Positions 37,945-49,153 of a DNA stretch of 64,000 bases are shown here, in pieces. This DNA is from an uncultured delta proteobacterium. GTDB taxonomy: Bacteria > Desulfobacterota > BSN033 > UBA1163. The DNA lies in NCBI GenBank assembly GCA_963708295.1, contig CAVPSJ010000017.1, positions 32,001 through 96,000 of the forward strand, written 5' to 3'. The position numbers and the translations under genes are program-made. The notes below the pieces were generated by a model. That model ran no database searches and was not told where the DNA came from. It saw only the letters and a program-made list of their open reading frames with translations. Every line of letters starts with the position of its first letter. Position 1 is the stretch's first letter.

Positions 37945-38670
37945 TCAAAAACTCGAATTCGACCTTAAAAGGTTTTCCAGGGCATCCGAAGCAGCGTAAC
38001 CCTCCACCATTTTCCCATTTTGAAAGAGAAGCGTGGGGGTGGATTCGACGAGGAGACGCTTTCCCAGTTGCATATTCCTATCGATGGGACTCGTATCGCA
38101 CGAGGAGGGGGAAAATTCTTTCCCCTCGTGGGCTTCTTCCAGCGCCTTCAATCTACCTTGTGAACACCAGATGGCCTTGGCCTTCTCATAGGAAGCAGGG
38201 GTCAAAGGGTATAAAAAGAAGAAGACTTGCAGGTCCTCGATCAGCTTCAGCTCTTGATGCAGCTGCGAACAAAAATGGCATTGGGGATCCGTAAATACAT
38301 AAAGTTTTCGTTTCCCCTGTCCCATGGAAATGGCATTCTCGAGGGGAAGGGTGGAAATATCTACCCTTCGGAAGTCTTTTAATCGCTCTCGAATAATATC
38401 CCTTTTCGTTTGGCGATCCAATATCCGGCCGTGGACGATGAATCTCAGGGTTCTATCGATATAAATAATCGTCCTTTCTTGACCGATCTCCATGACCACC
38501 TCCCAGAACCCTTCCAGGGGCGCCTCCTTGATTTCCAAGATTCTAAATTCCGTCTTAATGAATTCCTTTAAGAGAGGGGAGGCCTCTTCGCTTGTGAGAG
38601 CAAGGGACTTCCCAAAAGGGAGGAAGATCAAGAAAGAAAACAGAGTTAGCGTCATCATCATTCGCTTCAT
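37945..38670 (-). CDS. dsbC: DsbC-family thiol:disulfide interchange protein
   Basis: FTDPQCHFC, AIWC, STP cis-Pro loop, signal peptide. Confidence 0.85.
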   Translation of the reverse strand: MKRMMMTLTLFSFLIFLPFGKSLALTSEEASPLLKEFIKTEFRILEIKEAPLEGFWEVVMEIGQERTIIYIDRTLRFIVHGRILDRQTKRDIIRERLKDFRRVDISTLPLENAISMGQGKRKLYVFTDPQCHFCSQLHQELKLIEDLQVFFFLYPLTPASYEKAKAIWCSQGRLKALEEAHEGKEFSPSSCDTSPIDRNMQLGKRLLVESTPTLLFQNGKMVEGYAASDALENLLRSNSSF

Positions 38671-38982
38671 GATAAAACCTCCTGATGCCATTATAGCTTT
38701 TTGGATAATAAAGAATAAAGATCCGTTTATTTTTCTCATTTCCGTGTCTTTTTTTTTATGAAGTTGTAACGGGCTAATATTATCATCATTTCCTAGTTTT
38801 CCTCCATTTCCTTTGAGCCATTCTTGACTGCGGGTCCAGTCCCGGCCCTTTTCAGAAGATGAATTCAAGAGTGGGGAGATGAGAATAAAGACGTAAGGGG
38901 GGTGACGGCGGTTTCAGGGTGAGTTCCTTAGCAACTAACCATGAGTCGATCGAGGTCGTTTATAACATCGATGAAAAGAAAA

Positions 38983-40329
38983 TCAATTGGCCTGTCCCTT
39001 TTTTTCGAACCGATACAGGGTTCTTGGGTTTACCCTTAGGATTTCTGAAGCGATTCTTTTGTTTCCCCCGACCTCCTTGAGTATTTCTTTTATATATTCG
39101 GACTTGATATCCTCCAAGGACTTCCGATCCTTCACTCCTCTTTTAATCATTTCCGTAAACCCTTCCGTCATCTCTTTCGGAAAGTCATTGGGACCCAACG
39201 GATCCTGATCGGTCATGATCACAGCCCTTGCGATGGCATTTTCCAATTCTCTGACGTTCCCCGGCCAATGATATTCCAAAAGGAGCTTCATTGCTTCTTT
39301 TGAAATCCCATGGATGTCCTTCTTGGCCTCTTTCGAATAGAGATCGAGAAAATGGTGGGCGAGCAACGGGATATCTTCTTTTCTGTCTTTCAGATCGGGA
39401 AGAAAAATGGGGAAAACATGAAGGCGATAGAAGAGGTCTTCCCGAAATTTTCCCTTCTTCATATTTTCTTCCAGATTTTCGTTAGTGGCAGCGATCATTC
39501 GGACATCGATTTTGGTTCTCTCCGTGCTCCCCACCTTCATCAACTCCTTCTCCTGAAGGACTCTTAGAAGTTTGACCTGAACAGAGGGAAGGATCGTGGA
39601 GATTTCGTCCAGGAAAAGTGTCCCTCCGCTGGCCTCTTCGAATAAACCCTTCTTCGCCTGGATCGCGCCGGTGAAGGCACCTTTGGTATGGCCGAAAAGT
39701 TCACTCTCTACCAACGTTTCAGGGATCGCCCCACAATTAAAGGGGATAAAAGCCCGGTCCGCCCTTGGGCTGTTATAATGGATGGCCTTCGCCACCAATT
39801 CTTTACCGGTTCCGCTCCCTCCGTAGATGATCACTGTACTGCTTCCAAGGGCAACCTTTTCAATCAGAGAAAAGACCTCCTGCATCTTCTTGCTTTTTCC
39901 GATGATGTTGTGAAATTCAAATTTCTTCTTCACTTCCATCCTCAGGAGCCTATTCTCTTTGAGGAGGAGGCTTTCTTTTTGGGCCTTGGAGATATGGATG
40001 AGGAGGTCATTGAAGTTAACGGGCTTGGTAATGTAATCATTTGCCCCTATCTTCATGGCCTCCACGGCTGTCTCGATCGATCCATAGGCGGTCATGAGGA
40101 TGACCATCACCTCGGGTCTCGTTCCTTTGATGGCTTTCAGGAGTTCGAGGCCGTCCATCTCGGGCATCTTCAGGTCGGTCAATACGAGATCGAAGACATC
40201 CTTTTCCATCTTCTCAATGGCCTCGAGACCGCTTTGAGCGACTTCTACATCATATCCTCCCATCTTGGAAAGACCTTTTCTAACGACGTCCCGGACAAGG
40301 GTTTCATCATCGACGACCAATATTTTCAT
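38983..40329 (-). CDS. Sigma-54-dependent response regulator (NtrC/AtoC-like)
   Basis: Receiver domain, GGSGTGKE, GAFTGA, Fis-type HTH. Confidence 0.95.
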   Translation of the reverse strand: MKILVVDDETLVRDVVRKGLSKMGGYDVEVAQSGLEAIEKMEKDVFDLVLTDLKMPEMDGLELLKAIKGTRPEVMVILMTAYGSIETAVEAMKIGANDYITKPVNFNDLLIHISKAQKESLLLKENRLLRMEVKKKFEFHNIIGKSKKMQEVFSLIEKVALGSSTVIIYGGSGTGKELVAKAIHYNSPRADRAFIPFNCGAIPETLVESELFGHTKGAFTGAIQAKKGLFEEASGGTLFLDEISTILPSVQVKLLRVLQEKELMKVGSTERTKIDVRMIAATNENLEENMKKGKFREDLFYRLHVFPIFLPDLKDRKEDIPLLAHHFLDLYSKEAKKDIHGISKEAMKLLLEYHWPGNVRELENAIARAVIMTDQDPLGPNDFPKEMTEGFTEMIKRGVKDRKSLEDIKSEYIKEILKEVGGNKRIASEILRVNPRTLYRFEKKGQAN

Positions 40330-40603
40330 CGCTTCTGCATCAGACTCCTTTCCGGCGGTATTTTAACCAGAAATGGGTTTTTAAATCAATGGAAAACATT
40401 TTTTGAGAATTCTTCATTCCAAGTTTTTCGGCGGAGTGGACCCATTCGGCGGCGCACGCTCGGCTCTGAGTTCAATCGAGGGGCTCGGGTTGAAGGCAAG
40501 CCCAGACTTTTCAGGCCGGGGAGTCGAAGGGTTGACTGTTTGTCAATTTCTTATTAAATATATCGTTGTAAGAACCCAGGGGAATCCCGGAAAGGGGGCG
40601 GTC

Positions 40604-41656
40604 GTGGAAGACCAAATTCTCATTGTGGATGACGAAAAGATAATCTGCAGTGTCATCGCTCAAAGGCTGACCAGAGAGGGATATTCGTGCGTCACAGCCC
40701 AGAACGGGAAGGAAGCCTTCGAATATTTTTGCAGGGGAAATTTTTCTCTGGTCATTTCGGATATCCGGATGCCCGAAAAGGATGGTTTGGAGCTCCTGAG
40801 GCTTGTGAAGGCAGTGCGACCGAACATGAAGTTCATCATCATGACCGCCTATGCAGAGATCGATGTCGCCGTTGAAGCGATGCACCTGGGAGCGAATGAC
40901 CTCCTCCTCAAGCCCTTCGAATTGGAGCTTGTCGTCTTCAGCGTGAAAAAAGCCCTTGAGCAGAAGAAGATGGAGGAGGAGCTCGAGTCTTATCACAAAA
41001 ATCTGAAGAAATTGGTGGCAGAGAGGACCGCGAAGCTTCAAGAGGCTTATCATACGTTGAAGAAAGCCCATCTGGATTCGGTCAAGGTTCTGGCAGAGGC
41101 GATCGATGCCAAAGACCCCTACACACGAGGCCACTCCGACCGGGTGAGGCAGATGAGTTTGCAGATTGCCGCTTCTCTGGGATTTACCGAGGAGAGAATG
41201 GAGATTCTGGAATACGGAGCCCTCCTCCATGATATCGGCAAGATTGGGATTAAAGATGAGATTCTCCGGAAACCGGAAGCCCTGAGCGCCGAAGAGTATC
41301 AGACGATTCGGGAGCATCCGTTGATCGGCGTAAAGATCGTGGAAGGGGTTGAGTTTTTCAAGGATAAGATCCCCATGATTCGTCATCACCATGAACAATT
41401 TGACGGAAAGGGATATCCGGATGGTTTGGCGGGGGAAGCCATTCCCCTTGAGGCGAGGATCATCGCCGTTCCCGATGCTTTCGATGCCATGGCCAGCCTG
41501 AGACCCCACCGGAGGACCAGGTCCCTTGAAGACGTCCTTTCGGAAATGGAACAATACGGGGGACGACAATTTGACCCAAGGATTTTGGAAATCTTCCTGC
41601 GGGAAAAAGTTTACGGATGTTTGATTCGTTCTCCCTTATCCGGTTCGTTTGCGTAG
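40604..41656 (+). CDS. Response regulator with an HD-GYP c-di-GMP phosphodiesterase domain
   Basis: Receiver domain; YTRGHS, LHDIGK, HHEQFDGKGYP. Confidence 0.95.
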   Translation: MEDQILIVDDEKIICSVIAQRLTREGYSCVTAQNGKEAFEYFCRGNFSLVISDIRMPEKDGLELLRLVKAVRPNMKFIIMTAYAEIDVAVEAMHLGANDLLLKPFELELVVFSVKKALEQKKMEEELESYHKNLKKLVAERTAKLQEAYHTLKKAHLDSVKVLAEAIDAKDPYTRGHSDRVRQMSLQIAASLGFTEERMEILEYGALLHDIGKIGIKDEILRKPEALSAEEYQTIREHPLIGVKIVEGVEFFKDKIPMIRHHHEQFDGKGYPDGLAGEAIPLEARIIAVPDAFDAMASLRPHRRTRSLEDVLSEMEQYGGRQFDPRILEIFLREKVYGCLIRSPLSGSFA

Positions 41657-41663
41657 AGGAAAG

Positions 41664-42446
41664 ATGGTTTTTGTATTGGGGATTGATATCGGGTCAGCTT
41701 CATCCAAGGGAATCGTTCTGGGGGATCAAGGCCCCGTGGGTTCTTTTGAGTGCCCTTCAGGGGGGGACTTCAAGCGGACGGCTGAGAGTTTGAGAAGGGA
41801 GCTGCTTTCCCGGGCCGGGATCTCGGCCAGTGATATTTCTCGAACGATCGCGACCGGATTTGGCTCAAAACTGGTCACTTTTGCGGATGACGTCAAGCCG
41901 GATATCGTCTGCCAGGCCGAGGGGGTTGCTTCCGTTTTTCTTTCTGTGAGGACCGTCATCGATGTGGGAGATCTTTACACCAAGGTTCTCCGCGTTGATG
42001 GAACGGGAGCCGTCCATCGTTTTCTGTTAAGCGGAAAGTGCGCTGGCGGGAGCGGCAGAATCCTTCAGGTCATTGCTAATGTTCTCCGGCTCAAGGTAGA
42101 GGAGATCGGCGAGTTGTCTTTGAAATCAAAAAAGAGAGTTGAGTTTAACACGGGGTGTGCCGTTTTTGCCGAGTCAGAGGCCATCTCCCGGCTCTCCCAG
42201 GAGGTCGCCCAAGAAGACCTTCTGGCAGGCATCCATAGAGCTCTTGCGGCCCAGATCAACAGTCTGGCGGAGAGATTAGGCGTGGAACAGGACGTGGCCA
42301 TGGTCGGCGGCGGCGCAAGAGACGTAGGTCTTGTCCATGCCTTAAGGGAGGCGAGAGGCCATGACATTCTCGTGCCGCCCGAGCCTCATATGACGGCTGC
42401 ATTGGGAGCGGCGCTGATCGCCATGGAAAGCTTAGCAGGCCGGTGA
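41664..42446 (+). CDS. ATP-dependent activase subunit (BzdP/BcrD/HgdC-like)
   Basis: GIDIGS, DVG, KCAGGSG, GCAVFAE, GGGA. Confidence 0.85.
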   Translation: MVFVLGIDIGSASSKGIVLGDQGPVGSFECPSGGDFKRTAESLRRELLSRAGISASDISRTIATGFGSKLVTFADDVKPDIVCQAEGVASVFLSVRTVIDVGDLYTKVLRVDGTGAVHRFLLSGKCAGGSGRILQVIANVLRLKVEEIGELSLKSKKRVEFNTGCAVFAESEAISRLSQEVAQEDLLAGIHRALAAQINSLAERLGVEQDVAMVGGGARDVGLVHALREARGHDILVPPEPHMTAALGAALIAMESLAGR

Positions 42447-42685
42447 AAAACGCCCATCTGCTGCGATCCGGTCCGCTCACCTTCTCGCGGGCATGCCAAG
42501 AAGTTGTGACTTATTCGTCACAACGTCACCCCCTTATCCTTCCCCGTATCAAAGCACGGGGCAGGTTTGTTGCCGCAGGGTGTAGGGAACGGTTTCAAAC
42601 CGTTCCCGATGAAAGATTTCGGGAGCCTGGCATCTGGGCATTTTTGACCAGCCCGGAAAGAATAACTTTTTAAACGACCTGCTTA
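42433..42685. mobile_element. MITE-like element with nested palindromes
   Basis: Ends AGCAGG...CCTGCT; homologous to 53003-53160; contains GGGAACGGTTT/AAACCGTTCCC. Confidence 0.65.
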
Positions 42686-42804
42686 GAGCAATAAGATTGA
42701 AACATAAGGCCAAATCATTGTATATTTCTCTTAGTCAGTCGACGCATATACCCCTTTAAAGATCGGACGCATTCAACGGATAGATTGTAAAAAGGAGATG
42801 CTCG

Positions 42805-43966
42805 ATGAGCAGAAAACAGGGCAGCATTTTTGAAACGGTGGAAGCCTATTACGGGGATTACGGGGTCAGGGCAAGGGAGCTGAAGAAGGAGGGGAAACAA
42901 TTTATCGGCTATATCTGTTCCTTTGTTCCTCTGGAAATGATCTCCGCTTCCGGCTGTATCCCTTTTCGGGTGAGAGGGAATGTTCATGAGCCTATTACAA
43001 AAGGGGATACCCTTCTCGAAACCATTGTGTGCCCTTATTACCGGAGCATCTTCGACCTCTCGGTAAAGGGAAAATATGACTTTCTCTCTGGATTGGTCAT
43101 CCCTCACGGATGCGACAGCATGGTGCGGAGTTTCGCCACCTGGAGTTATTCTCTGCCTTATTCCTATTTTCACTTTGTCAACATTCCAACGGTTTGTGTC
43201 GAATCGTCCTTTGAATTCTTCGACGCAGAGCTAAACACCTTCAGGAAAAGTCTGGAGAAGTTTACCGGAAGAGCGATCACGGACGCGGATCTAAAAGAAG
43301 CCATCCGAATCCATAATGAAAGCAGGGACAAGGTCAGAGCTCTCTATGAATTCAGAAAGGCAGATCCGCCTCTCCTCTCGGGAAGGGAATTAACGATGGT
43401 GCTCACGGTCGGATCCAGTCTGCCCATTGCCGAAGCCAATCGATTGTTGGATCAGGTCTTGGCGGAAATCGGGAAAAGAGGGAAATCCCCTCTTCAGAAA
43501 GGTCCCCGTATATTCATTGACGGCGCCTGCCTCGATAACATTGAATTGATCAAGCTCGTGGAAGAACTCGGGGGCAATGTGGTGGCGGATACGATATGCA
43601 ACGGGGCCAGGGATCACTTTCCGAAGACGGATGAAGGGGGAGATCCCATCGATGCGCTGAGCCGGCGGTATTTGGAGAGAATCAATTGCCCCAAGACGTA
43701 CAGGGAGAACAAGACGGGGACCTTTGAAGGAGATATGGCCTCCCGATTTGGCGATATCGGAGCCTATACGAAGGAGTTTAAGGTGGAAGGCGCCATTCTT
43801 TACGTCTACAAATATTGTGACCCTTTCGGCTTTGAAGTCCCCGCACGAAAAGCCTACTACCAATCCATCGCATGTCCCCCTTCTTTGCCTGGAGGATGTC
43901 TATTCTGCGGGGACGATGGGTCAACTCCGGACGAGGATTCAGGCCTTTTTGGAGATGATCGGCTGA
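42805..43966 (+). CDS. 2-hydroxyacyl-CoA dehydratase/benzoyl-CoA reductase subunit (BzdN/BcrC-like), frameshift near 43870
   Basis: GYICSFVP.E, VCPY, CD, KYCDPF; C-terminus GQLRTRIQAFLEMIG in the shifted frame. Confidence 0.85.
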
Positions 43967-43989
43967 AAAGGGTAAAGGAGGATGAAGTC

Positions 43990-45392
43990 ATGGCTGAGGA
44001 ACAAAAAGAAGCAAAACCAAAAAAGAGGATGACGGCAACCCAGGCCGCTGCTTCCATCGGTCCCATGGTCAAGGAGTTTATTACGGGTACCCTTCGGGCA
44101 CGGGCAGAGGGAAAACAGAAATTAGCCTATACCTTTATCGTCTGCCATCATGAGGAGATCTTCCGGGCCATGGATGTCATCCCTTTGTGGACAGAGAATT
44201 TTGCCGGTATCTGCGGGGCAAAGAGAGACGCGGAAAGATTCCTTCAGAGAGCGGAGTCTCTGGGCCTTTCCCGCTCTTTGTGCACCTATGCCCTTTGCGG
44301 GATCGGTTTTGACCAATGGAGGGAAGAATTGGGCCAGATGCCTCCGGATGCTCCGTGGGGGGGACAGGCAAGGCCTGACTTCATGATATCCAGCGGGCAG
44401 ATCCTCTGTGATCCGAGATCCAAGTGGTATCAGGCCTCCCAGCAGTTTATGCCCGATGTGCCCATCTACAATATAGACCTTCCCTATCCTCTGTTTCAGA
44501 GGGATCGAGATCACCGGGACGTCTGGGGCTACTACCACAAGTATATCGTCAAGCAATTGCGCGGGCTGGTGGCCTTTCTCGAAGAGCAGACTGGAAAGAA
44601 GATGGATTATGATCGCCTCAGAGAGTTGGTTGATCTGAGCGATCGAACCTGGAACCTGATCGAAGAAACCTATAGCCTCCGAAAGGCTGTCCCTTGCCCC
44701 ATGGGGACAGGCGATGCCATGAATACCATGGTGCCCATCAACTTTATGATGGCCACCCAGAAGGCTTATGATTTTTTTGCAGACCTCAAAAAGGAATTAG
44801 AGGAAAAAATCGCCAAGGGAGAAGGAGAGGTTCAGGAAGAGAAATACAGACTCATGTGGGGAGGCGGATTGCCTTCCTGGTTTGCCCTGACCGATTTCAA
44901 TTACTTCAACAGCAAGGGGGCTTCGTTCCCTGTGGAAACGACCTATCGCATGGTTGCTCCCCTCGACGAGATGGAACTCCCGGAGACAAAGGATCCCATT
45001 GAGCACCTCGCATGGAGATGGCTCGGATACTGGACGTTCTGGTACGATCGGGCCAAGAAACGGCCGGGATCAGAACCCGATGTGGAACGCCTCATCCACT
45101 GGATCGAAGAATACAAGATTGATGGAATCGTGATGCACGAAGCCTTTTCGTGTCGAACCTGGCATGTGGGCCTCATTTGGCAGTTGCATCAACTGGCGAA
45201 AATATACAAACCCATCCCTGTCTTTGTCATCGGAAAGGATGGAAAGAAGGAAAAGGTTTACAGAGAATTCCTTCGTTGATTTTGGAAAGTGATATCATTG
45301 ATATCACCTCCTATTCGGAAGAAGATACAAGGAATAAGATTGATGCCTTCATCGAAACCCTGGAATCCAATCGATTAAGCAAGGCAGCCTGA
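43990..45392 (+). CDS. 2-hydroxyacyl-CoA dehydratase/benzoyl-CoA reductase subunit (BzdO/BcrB-like), frameshift near 45270
   Basis: AESLGLSRSLCTY, CD.RSKWYQ, DGIV....SCR; C-terminus LESD...KIDAFIE. Confidence 0.85.
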
Positions 45393-45429
45393 CTCTGGAT
45401 CGCCGAGAACCGAACAAGATCTGCGATCA

Positions 45430-45590
45430 CAAATTCTAAAATGCAAATTTCAGATTCCAAGTAAATTCCAATTTCCAATTCCAAGTGACCGAAAGATTAT
45501 CTGAGATCTTCAATTTTGGTCATTCCTGCCTGCGCGAACCCTGCCTTGCGGACGAAGGCAGGTGCTTGGTATTCGGTGCTTCCAGATTGA
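45430..45590. repeat. Heptamer-type inverted intergenic repeat
   Basis: CAAATTC/CAATTTC units with a nested CCTGCC...GGCAGG. Confidence 0.55.
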
Positions 45591-45641
45591 CTTCAAAGCG
45601 ACGGATAACAGGAAGGTCTCCCCTCTGAATCCGAGGTTGAA

Positions 45642-46445
45642 TTGAAGCCGTATTTTGCGGGCATTGATGTCGGTTCGACGATGACGAAGGCGGTGATTCT
45701 GAATCATGGGATCATCGCTTCGATCATCGGCCCTACAGGTCCGGAGCAGCGCCGGCTCGCGAACAAGGTCATGGAAGCGGCACTTAGGAAGGCGGCTCTA
45801 CCGTTCCAGGCCATCACCTACATTGTCGCTACGGGTTACGGCAGGATCAACGTCCCGTTTGCCGATAAGCAGTTCACAGAGATCACGTGTCATGCCAAGG
45901 GCATCATCCATCTTTTCCCTGAAGCCAGGACCGTCATTGATATCGGAGGTCAGGATGTTAAGGCAATCAGGATAGACGCTAACGGCAAGACCGTTGATTT
46001 TGTGATGAATGACAAGTGCGCAGCCGGTAGCGGCCGATTTATAGAAGTGATTGCCGATACCCTCGGGGTCTCTCTGGATGAAGTGGGCGACTTATCTCTG
46101 CAAAGCAAGAATCCCGCAAAGATAAGCAACATCTGCACCCTATGGGCCCAGCAAGAGGTCGCAGCCAGTTTGGCACAAGGGGTACCCATTTCTGATCTGC
46201 TTGCGGGGGTCCATCATTCACTCGCAGACAGGATCGGCAGAATGGTCAACAGGTTAAGGGTGGAGGAGGCGATTATTCTGACAGGGGGAGGTGCCAAGAA
46301 TAAGGGTCTCCTGAGAGCCCTTTCCGAACAATTGGGCCATGAGATTCTGGTGCCCGAAGAGCCTTTGATCACCGGAGCCCTGGGTGCTGCTCTGCTGGGA
46401 AAAGAGATCGTGGAAAAGGCCGAGACAGAACAATACCTCCGCTAA
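45642..46445 (+). CDS. ATP-dependent activase subunit (BzdQ/BcrA/HgdC-like)
   Basis: GIDVGST, TGYGR, EITCH, DIGGQD, NDKCAAGSG. The true stop is probably ~46486 after an indel. Confidence 0.9.
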   Translation: MKPYFAGIDVGSTMTKAVILNHGIIASIIGPTGPEQRRLANKVMEAALRKAALPFQAITYIVATGYGRINVPFADKQFTEITCHAKGIIHLFPEARTVIDIGGQDVKAIRIDANGKTVDFVMNDKCAAGSGRFIEVIADTLGVSLDEVGDLSLQSKNPAKISNICTLWAQQEVAASLAQGVPISDLLAGVHHSLADRIGRMVNRLRVEEAIILTGGGAKNKGLLRALSEQLGHEILVPEEPLITGALGAALLGKEIVEKAETEQYLR

Positions 46446-46599
46446 AAACAAAAGAACGAATCTTAGAGCAAATCGAAATCCTTTGACGCACTCCATTTTG
46501 CCTTTTTTTTCTTGACAAAAAATGAATATTTGTTAGACTTTTTGGTCTAAAGAATTAAGAGGGGGAATCAGATCTTGGGGGAAAGGGGGTGAGACAATA

Positions 46600-46971
46600 A
46601 TGAAAAAAGGGTTGATTAGTATGGGAATCCTCGCAGGTTTCCTGCTCTCCATCCTGATGGTGAGTGGTGCTTTTGCTGCTAAAGACGTGATCACCTTTGA
46701 TGTTCCTCAGGGAAAGGTGACATTCCACCACAAGAAGCATGCCGAAACGCTGAAGATCGATTGCATAAAATGCCATCATACCTGGAAGAAGGGCGAGACA
46801 ACGGGAAAGTTGTGCGTAGACTGCCATAAGGACAAGGACGAGGGAAAGACTCTTTCGGCAAAGAATGCGTTCCATCAGGATTGCTACAAGGGTTGCCATA
46901 CCGAGGCCAAGAAAGCCAGCAAACCTGCCGGGCCGACAGTGTGCACCCAGTGCCACGTGAAGGCGAAGTAG
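46600..46971 (+). CDS. Tetraheme cytochrome c3
   Basis: Signal peptide; FHHKKH, CIKCHH, CVDCH, AFH.CYKGCH, CTQCH. Promoter TTGACA..TAGACT at 46512-46539. Confidence 0.9.
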   Translation: MKKGLISMGILAGFLLSILMVSGAFAAKDVITFDVPQGKVTFHHKKHAETLKIDCIKCHHTWKKGETTGKLCVDCHKDKDEGKTLSAKNAFHQDCYKGCHTEAKKASKPAGPTVCTQCHVKAK

Positions 46972-47010
46972 TAAGCTGAAATTTTCTGTCGCCTGCGAAC
47001 AGGCAAATTG

Positions 47011-47047
47011 AAAAGGGGTAGTTCCAAAAAGGAGCTACCCCTTTTTG
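47011..47047 (+). terminator. Intrinsic terminator after cytochrome c3
   Basis: AAAAGGGGTAG-TTCC...GGAG-CTACCCCTTTTT. Confidence 0.8.
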
Positions 47048-47162
47048 CTTGACAGTAGATAAAAGGATATGTTAAATATTTCAAGTACTTCCCTGCCAGT
47101 CATATTTCACTTCAGGCCGGATTAAAATTTGTCTGTGATAATAGGATCGATCAAAGGATACT

Positions 47163-48733
47163 ATGAAAGAATCGAAAGACGCAGCTAAAGTGAAAGAAAG
47201 CGGATTCCTTTCCATCATCTATGACCTTTTCCGGTCACTCAAACTTACCATTTCTCTCCTCATTCTACTTGCCATCCTTTCCATCATCGGCACGCTGATC
47301 ACACAGAATGCCACCCGTCCGGAATATATTCAGCGATACGGGATCGGCCTGTATGAGGTGTTGAACTTTTTCAACCTCTTCGATATGTACCATTCCTGGT
47401 GGTTCAGCGCCATTCTCTTGCTCCTCGTGATCAATTTGATCACCTGCTCTGTCCATCGCCTCCCGGGGATCCTGAGCCAGATTTCTCGCGGAGTCAGGAG
47501 AATTGGAAGATTAGATGCTCAAGACCCTTCCTTATGTGGAGAAGATCCGAATTCAGAATCCGACAAAGAAGGAGGAGGATATCCAGTCTTCCTTGAAGAA
47601 ATGGTTTAAGAACTGGGAGACGGATCGAGACAGAAACAGCCATCACGCTCTTCTCAGAAAAGGGAAGGTTCTCCAGATTGGGGGTCCCCATCACCCATTT
47701 AAGCATTCTGATCATCCTGATCGGAGGAATTCTTGGGTTCCCTCTACGGATTCAAAGGATCATGTCAATATCCTGGAAGGGGAAACGGTGGATCAGATTT
47801 TTCTGAGGACAAAAGATGAGAGAGATCTCCAAGCCGCTTGATTTCTCCGTGCGATGCGATGATTTCAAGATCACCTATTACGACCTTCCCGGGAAGAAAA
47901 GAAAAACATGTAAAGGAATATACAAGCCTCATCACGATTCTTGAAAACGGAAAAGAGGTTTTGAAAAAGACCGTTCAGGTCAATCATCCCCTTCACTATA
48001 AAGGGTTGGCTTTCTATCAAGCCAATTATGGAGCCATTCACGATGTCACCTTGGGAATTCAGTGGAAGGATAAAAAGGAAAAGACAACTTTTAAAGTCCT
48101 TGAGGGAAATACGGTTCCGGTCCCGAATATCCAATGACTTGATTCGGGTACTGCAATATGAACACTCAAGTCCACAACTTCGGGGAAGGAGTTCAGGTGG
48201 TCCTGTTCAAGCCCAACCAGGAACCACGCCCCTTTTGGTTATTGAAAGCCTTTCCGAAATTTGACGAGCAGAGGAAGGATGAGTTCGTCCTCACCTTTGA
48301 AGGGGATGCTCCAAGGGAATATACGGGACTTTCGGTGACGAAAGATCCTGGAGTCTGGGTGGTCTGGATCGGGTGCGGCCTGATGATTTTCGGCTTCATT
48401 GTCTCCTTCTTCTTCTCCCATCAGAGGGTTTGGGTAAGAATTCCAAAAAGCCCGGCAGGAGAGATTGTTTTGGCCGGTTCCGCCAACAAGAACCGGGTAG
48501 GTTTTGAAAAGACCTTTGGTGAATTGGTGGAGGAGATTCGTAAAGGAGGTTCGGAGTTCGGAGCTAAAGAGTTATCCATTTTTTGGGAAATTACGAATCC
48601 TCGAAGCGGTTATGAAACGCTGAGTTTACCCAGCCCATCCTCCCCGCTGGACGCGAGAAGATTTGCCCGAAAGGGAAAAGACCTTGCCTTTTTTGGAAAT
48701 GCGGTGCAATATATTCGAAACCATCTACTTTAA
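47163..48733 (+). CDS. resB: Cytochrome c biogenesis protein ResB/CcsB (split by several indels)
   Basis: SLKL.I.LL...IIGT, YHSWWF, VNHPLHYKG..FYQ, KDPGVWVVWIG...HQRVW spread over several frames; 3' end approximate. Confidence 0.8.
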
Positions 48734-48839
48734 CCCCTCACCCTATCCCTCCCCCCTTGCTTGCCTGCCCAGCCCTCGGTCGGGACCGGGGCCGGTAGGC
48801 AGAAGGGAGTGGGGAAAGATGAGAGGGAAGGGAGGAGCT

Positions 48840-49127
48840 ATGAACAAGGCTGAGCTCATTACGAAGGTTTCAGAGAAGGCGAACGTGACACAAAAGGTCG
48901 CCAAGGTCATTGTCGACACCCTTTTTGACGGGATGAAGGAAAGTCTCGAGAAGGGGGAACGAATCGAGATCAGAGGATTTGGAAGCTTTGTGGTGAGAAA
49001 TTACGGTGGCTACAAAGGCCGAAACCCGAAGACCGGGGAGATCGTAGATGTCCCTCCGAAGAAGCTCCCTTTCTTTAAGGTTGGAAAAGAACTGAAAGAG
49101 ATGGTGAACACACCGGGTGAAGGTTAA
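48840..49127 (+). CDS. Integration host factor beta / HU family protein
   Basis: MNKAELI...IEIRGFGSF...GRNPKTGE. Confidence 0.95.
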   Translation: MNKAELITKVSEKANVTQKVAKVIVDTLFDGMKESLEKGERIEIRGFGSFVVRNYGGYKGRNPKTGEIVDVPPKKLPFFKVGKELKEMVNTPGEG

Positions 49128-49153
49128 CACGTTCCGAGAAATCCGGTTATTGA

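Noticed and set aside
42805-45279. 824-aa fusion of two dehydratase/reductase subunits
   Set aside because: An indel near 43870 creates it. The first subunit's true C-terminus is in another frame, and the second has its own RBS and ATG at 43990.
47512-47514. In-frame TAG in resB as possible pyrrolysine recoding
   Set aside because: The gene is riddled with apparent errors, the position is not a known catalytic site, and no pyl genes are in the window.
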